Shown piece by piece: positions 62,155-64,000 of a stretch of DNA of 64,000 bases. How positions within the stretch are numbered: the stretch's first letter is position 1; each line of letters opens with the position of its first letter. Source of the DNA: a virus (lineage: Duplodnaviria; Caudoviricetes). The translations under genes were made by a program, and so were the position numbers. The notes beneath the pieces are model-generated. The model made no database searches, was not told where the DNA came from, and saw nothing but the letters and a program-made list of their open reading frames with translations. The DNA lies in the IMG/VR virus record IMGVR_UViG_3300033072_001172, positions 32,001 to 96,000 of that record; one strand, given 5' to 3'.

Positions 62155-63317
62155 TCGATCTCCTTTGTCTGATACGAATGGTGCACGGTCGTTTCCTTGT
62201 CGGGCGTCTCGCCGATCCAGCGCAAGTACCCGAACGAGGAAGCATCCCTCAGAAACAGATGTTGGGTCAGCAGCGTCCCCAGTGGTGCCCACTCCCACAA
62301 ACCACTGTCGATGCACAAATGCAGGAATGTCAAGTAGTCGTTCAGATTGTCGTCGTGATCGTCGTCGAACACGACGCAATAGGTGGTGATGCCGAACGAG
62401 TCCGTAGTCTGCCGTACCCAGTTGGTCCATTGTGTGGGTGTCTCGTGATGCGTACCGACGTAATGTCTGTCCAGCAACGTTATCGGTGATGTCCAAGACG
62501 GACATTCCAGGTGGATGCATAACGGTGTGTCAACCACGGGGCCCAGGATCCTGCGGGACGCGTAGTCAAGATGCTGAAAGACTGTTTCGACAATTGAGTG
62601 GCGCATGTCGTCAGCGTCTGCGAGGACGGTAACGATTTCAGGCCACGCTCGCCCCAGAAGTGCGAGTGCTGTGTTTGCCGGCACAACGCACATTGTGTCC
62701 CGTTCAGTCACCCGCACCAGGTGGTCGTCGGCCTTTTCATTAGCGCCGACACCGCCGACTATGAACACACGAAGACGGTCTACGGCTATGTTGTTCTGGC
62801 TGTCGCTGGCGTTCACCTCTCTGAAATGAACATCATTAGGAGGTGCCTGCGCGGCCAACCGAACAAACACCATCGCCTCCTCGGTCGTTATGTCGTAGCT
62901 GGACGATCGCACGGACATCACAAGCGCGCACTGTTCTGTGGTTGTCAGCACCTTCAAAATGTCGCCGTAACTTTCACGGACGCGGCGGAGGGCCTCCTTC
63001 AGCACCAGATTTTTCTGGTAAGCGTTCGGGTCATCGAGCAGCAGCCCTGACTGGTTCACGTAGTGACGAATCGCTTTCGGCAGCATGCTGAGCCCGTAGC
63101 AATCCGTGATCTGATGGAATCGTCTGTCGTGCGCGTAGCGCGGGAGTACGCGCGTTTCCCAGGTTCCCACCAACTTGGCCAGTTTTTCGATGATTGGCGC
63201 GGCGACCAGGGTCGGCTCTCCGGTGCGCGCATTGTACCACCATGGGCACTTTGCAACGGCGTTGGCTGCCTGCACCCGGCGGTCAGGTGCGAATATTGTT
63301 CGATCCGGCGTCGGCAC
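62127..63317 (-). CDS. Hypothetical protein
   Basis: Long ORF; start uncertain (GTG 63317 or 63275). Confidence 0.6.
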   Translation of the reverse strand: MPTPDRTIFAPDRRVQAANAVAKCPWWYNARTGEPTLVAAPIIEKLAKLVGTWETRVLPRYAHDRRFHQITDCYGLSMLPKAIRHYVNQSGLLLDDPNAYQKNLVLKEALRRVRESYGDILKVLTTTEQCALVMSVRSSSYDITTEEAMVFVRLAAQAPPNDVHFREVNASDSQNNIAVDRLRVFIVGGVGANEKADDHLVRVTERDTMCVVPANTALALLGRAWPEIVTVLADADDMRHSIVETVFQHLDYASRRILGPVVDTPLCIHLECPSWTSPITLLDRHYVGTHHETPTQWTNWVRQTTDSFGITTYCVVFDDDHDDNLNDYLTFLHLCIDSGLWEWAPLGTLLTQHLFLRDASSFGYLRWIGETPDKETTVHHSYQTKEIDWPTATQLR

Positions 63318-63999
63318 CTTCCATGTTTGTGTGCCCGAGCACTTCCAGGTAAACGTTTTCACCCAACAATTCCTTAAAGGCTTCCTTTTGTTTGACGACG
63401 GCCTGGTAGATGTCGTAGTGCTTACGCGAGTCCACGTCATAGCCAAGGTCGGTCGCCCAATCTTCGAATGACCGCGCGTTCTCCGCGGTTTCAGCGTCAG
63501 AGATCAAGCACTCCATGACATCTTCCAGCAGCGGCGGCCGAAGCACTCGGTGCCAGCTCTCACTGTTGGTGTGTCCGCCCGGCACCGACCACAACAGGCC
63601 GCTGCCCATTGAGAACGGAAACTTCATCGTGTTCTGTCCACGCGTGAGCGTGCACATGTAGTGGCGTGCTGCCTTGTCCCAGTCCGTGACTGCCGGACGG
63701 GTTGTCGGTACCGTTTCCAGCTTGAGCCCGAGCTCACGGCACATTTCGCCCATTCCGGACAGTTCAAACATCCGTTCCATGTCGTCTTTGGTGCGGTGGT
63801 CCGTCACGCCAGGTTCGGTCGGAATTTTCAACTCGTACTGCTTGATCACTTCTTCCACACGTTGCGCCATGGCCGCATGGCGGCGCGACAGCCAGGCGTC
63901 GAGTTCATCTTCACGTGCGGTCAGCAACGTGTGCAGCCCGTCGATGGTCGGCGCAGGATCGTCTGGAAACAATCCGAGACGGACCGCGCCGGCAAATTC
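63283..63999 (-). CDS. Phage hypothetical protein, probably 5'-truncated by the window edge
   Basis: Frame stays open to the edge; SFEDWATDLGYDVDSRK motif. Confidence 0.65.
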   Translation of the reverse strand, partial: EFAGAVRLGLFPDDPAPTIDGLHTLLTAREDELDAWLSRRHAAMAQRVEEVIKQYELKIPTEPGVTDHRTKDDMERMFELSGMGEMCRELGLKLETVPTTRPAVTDWDKAARHYMCTLTRGQNTMKFPFSMGSGLLWSVPGGHTNSESWHRVLRPPLLEDVMECLISDAETAENARSFEDWATDLGYDVDSRKHYDIYQAVVKQKEAFKELLGENVYLEVLGHTNMEGADAGSNNIRT

Positions 64000-64000
64000 C

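Larger units (their letters stand above)
1..64000. mobile_element. Fragment of a large myovirus-type phage genome encoding its own multisubunit RNA polymerase
   Basis: Portal, terminase, protease, capsid, sheath and tube on +; phage-type replisome on -; dense co-directional operons; no host housekeeping operon or integrase. Confidence 0.95.

Noticed and set aside
1-64000. Stop-codon reassignment
   Set aside because: TAA, TAG and TGA all end well-defined genes and no conserved gene is interrupted

Overview
The window is a fragment of a large, GC-rich tailed phage with a contractile tail; no integrase, tRNA, rRNA or CRISPR array was seen. The + strand (42-36891) is a virion morphogenesis block. 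It runs portal, a 2520-aa fused beta-beta' multisubunit RNA polymerase carrying an atypical LAGLIDADG intein right after its catalytic NADVDGD motif, baseplate spike, terminase, a run of probable internal head proteins, an intein-containing prohead protease, decoration and major capsid proteins, neck proteins, tail sheath and tail tube. The - strand (36888-64000) is a convergent regulation and replication block: sigma70-family factor, Cas4-like nuclease, divergent UDG, Holliday junction resolvase, RecA, SF2 helicase, family A DNA polymerase, SSB-like protein, primase, DnaB, RecD2-like helicase and small accessory genes. The best leads are (1) a recurring K-x-A motif concentrated in the probable internal head proteins, a candidate protease cleavage or packaging code; (2) a minimal single-chain RNAP lacking the beta' zinc ribbon and sigma-contact residues, encoded alongside a separate sigma factor; (3) the non-canonical RNAP intein with a possible internal promoter, RBS and start; (4) an identical 25-nt hairpin found in both transcription units. 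All calls come from reading motifs by eye; no database search was run.
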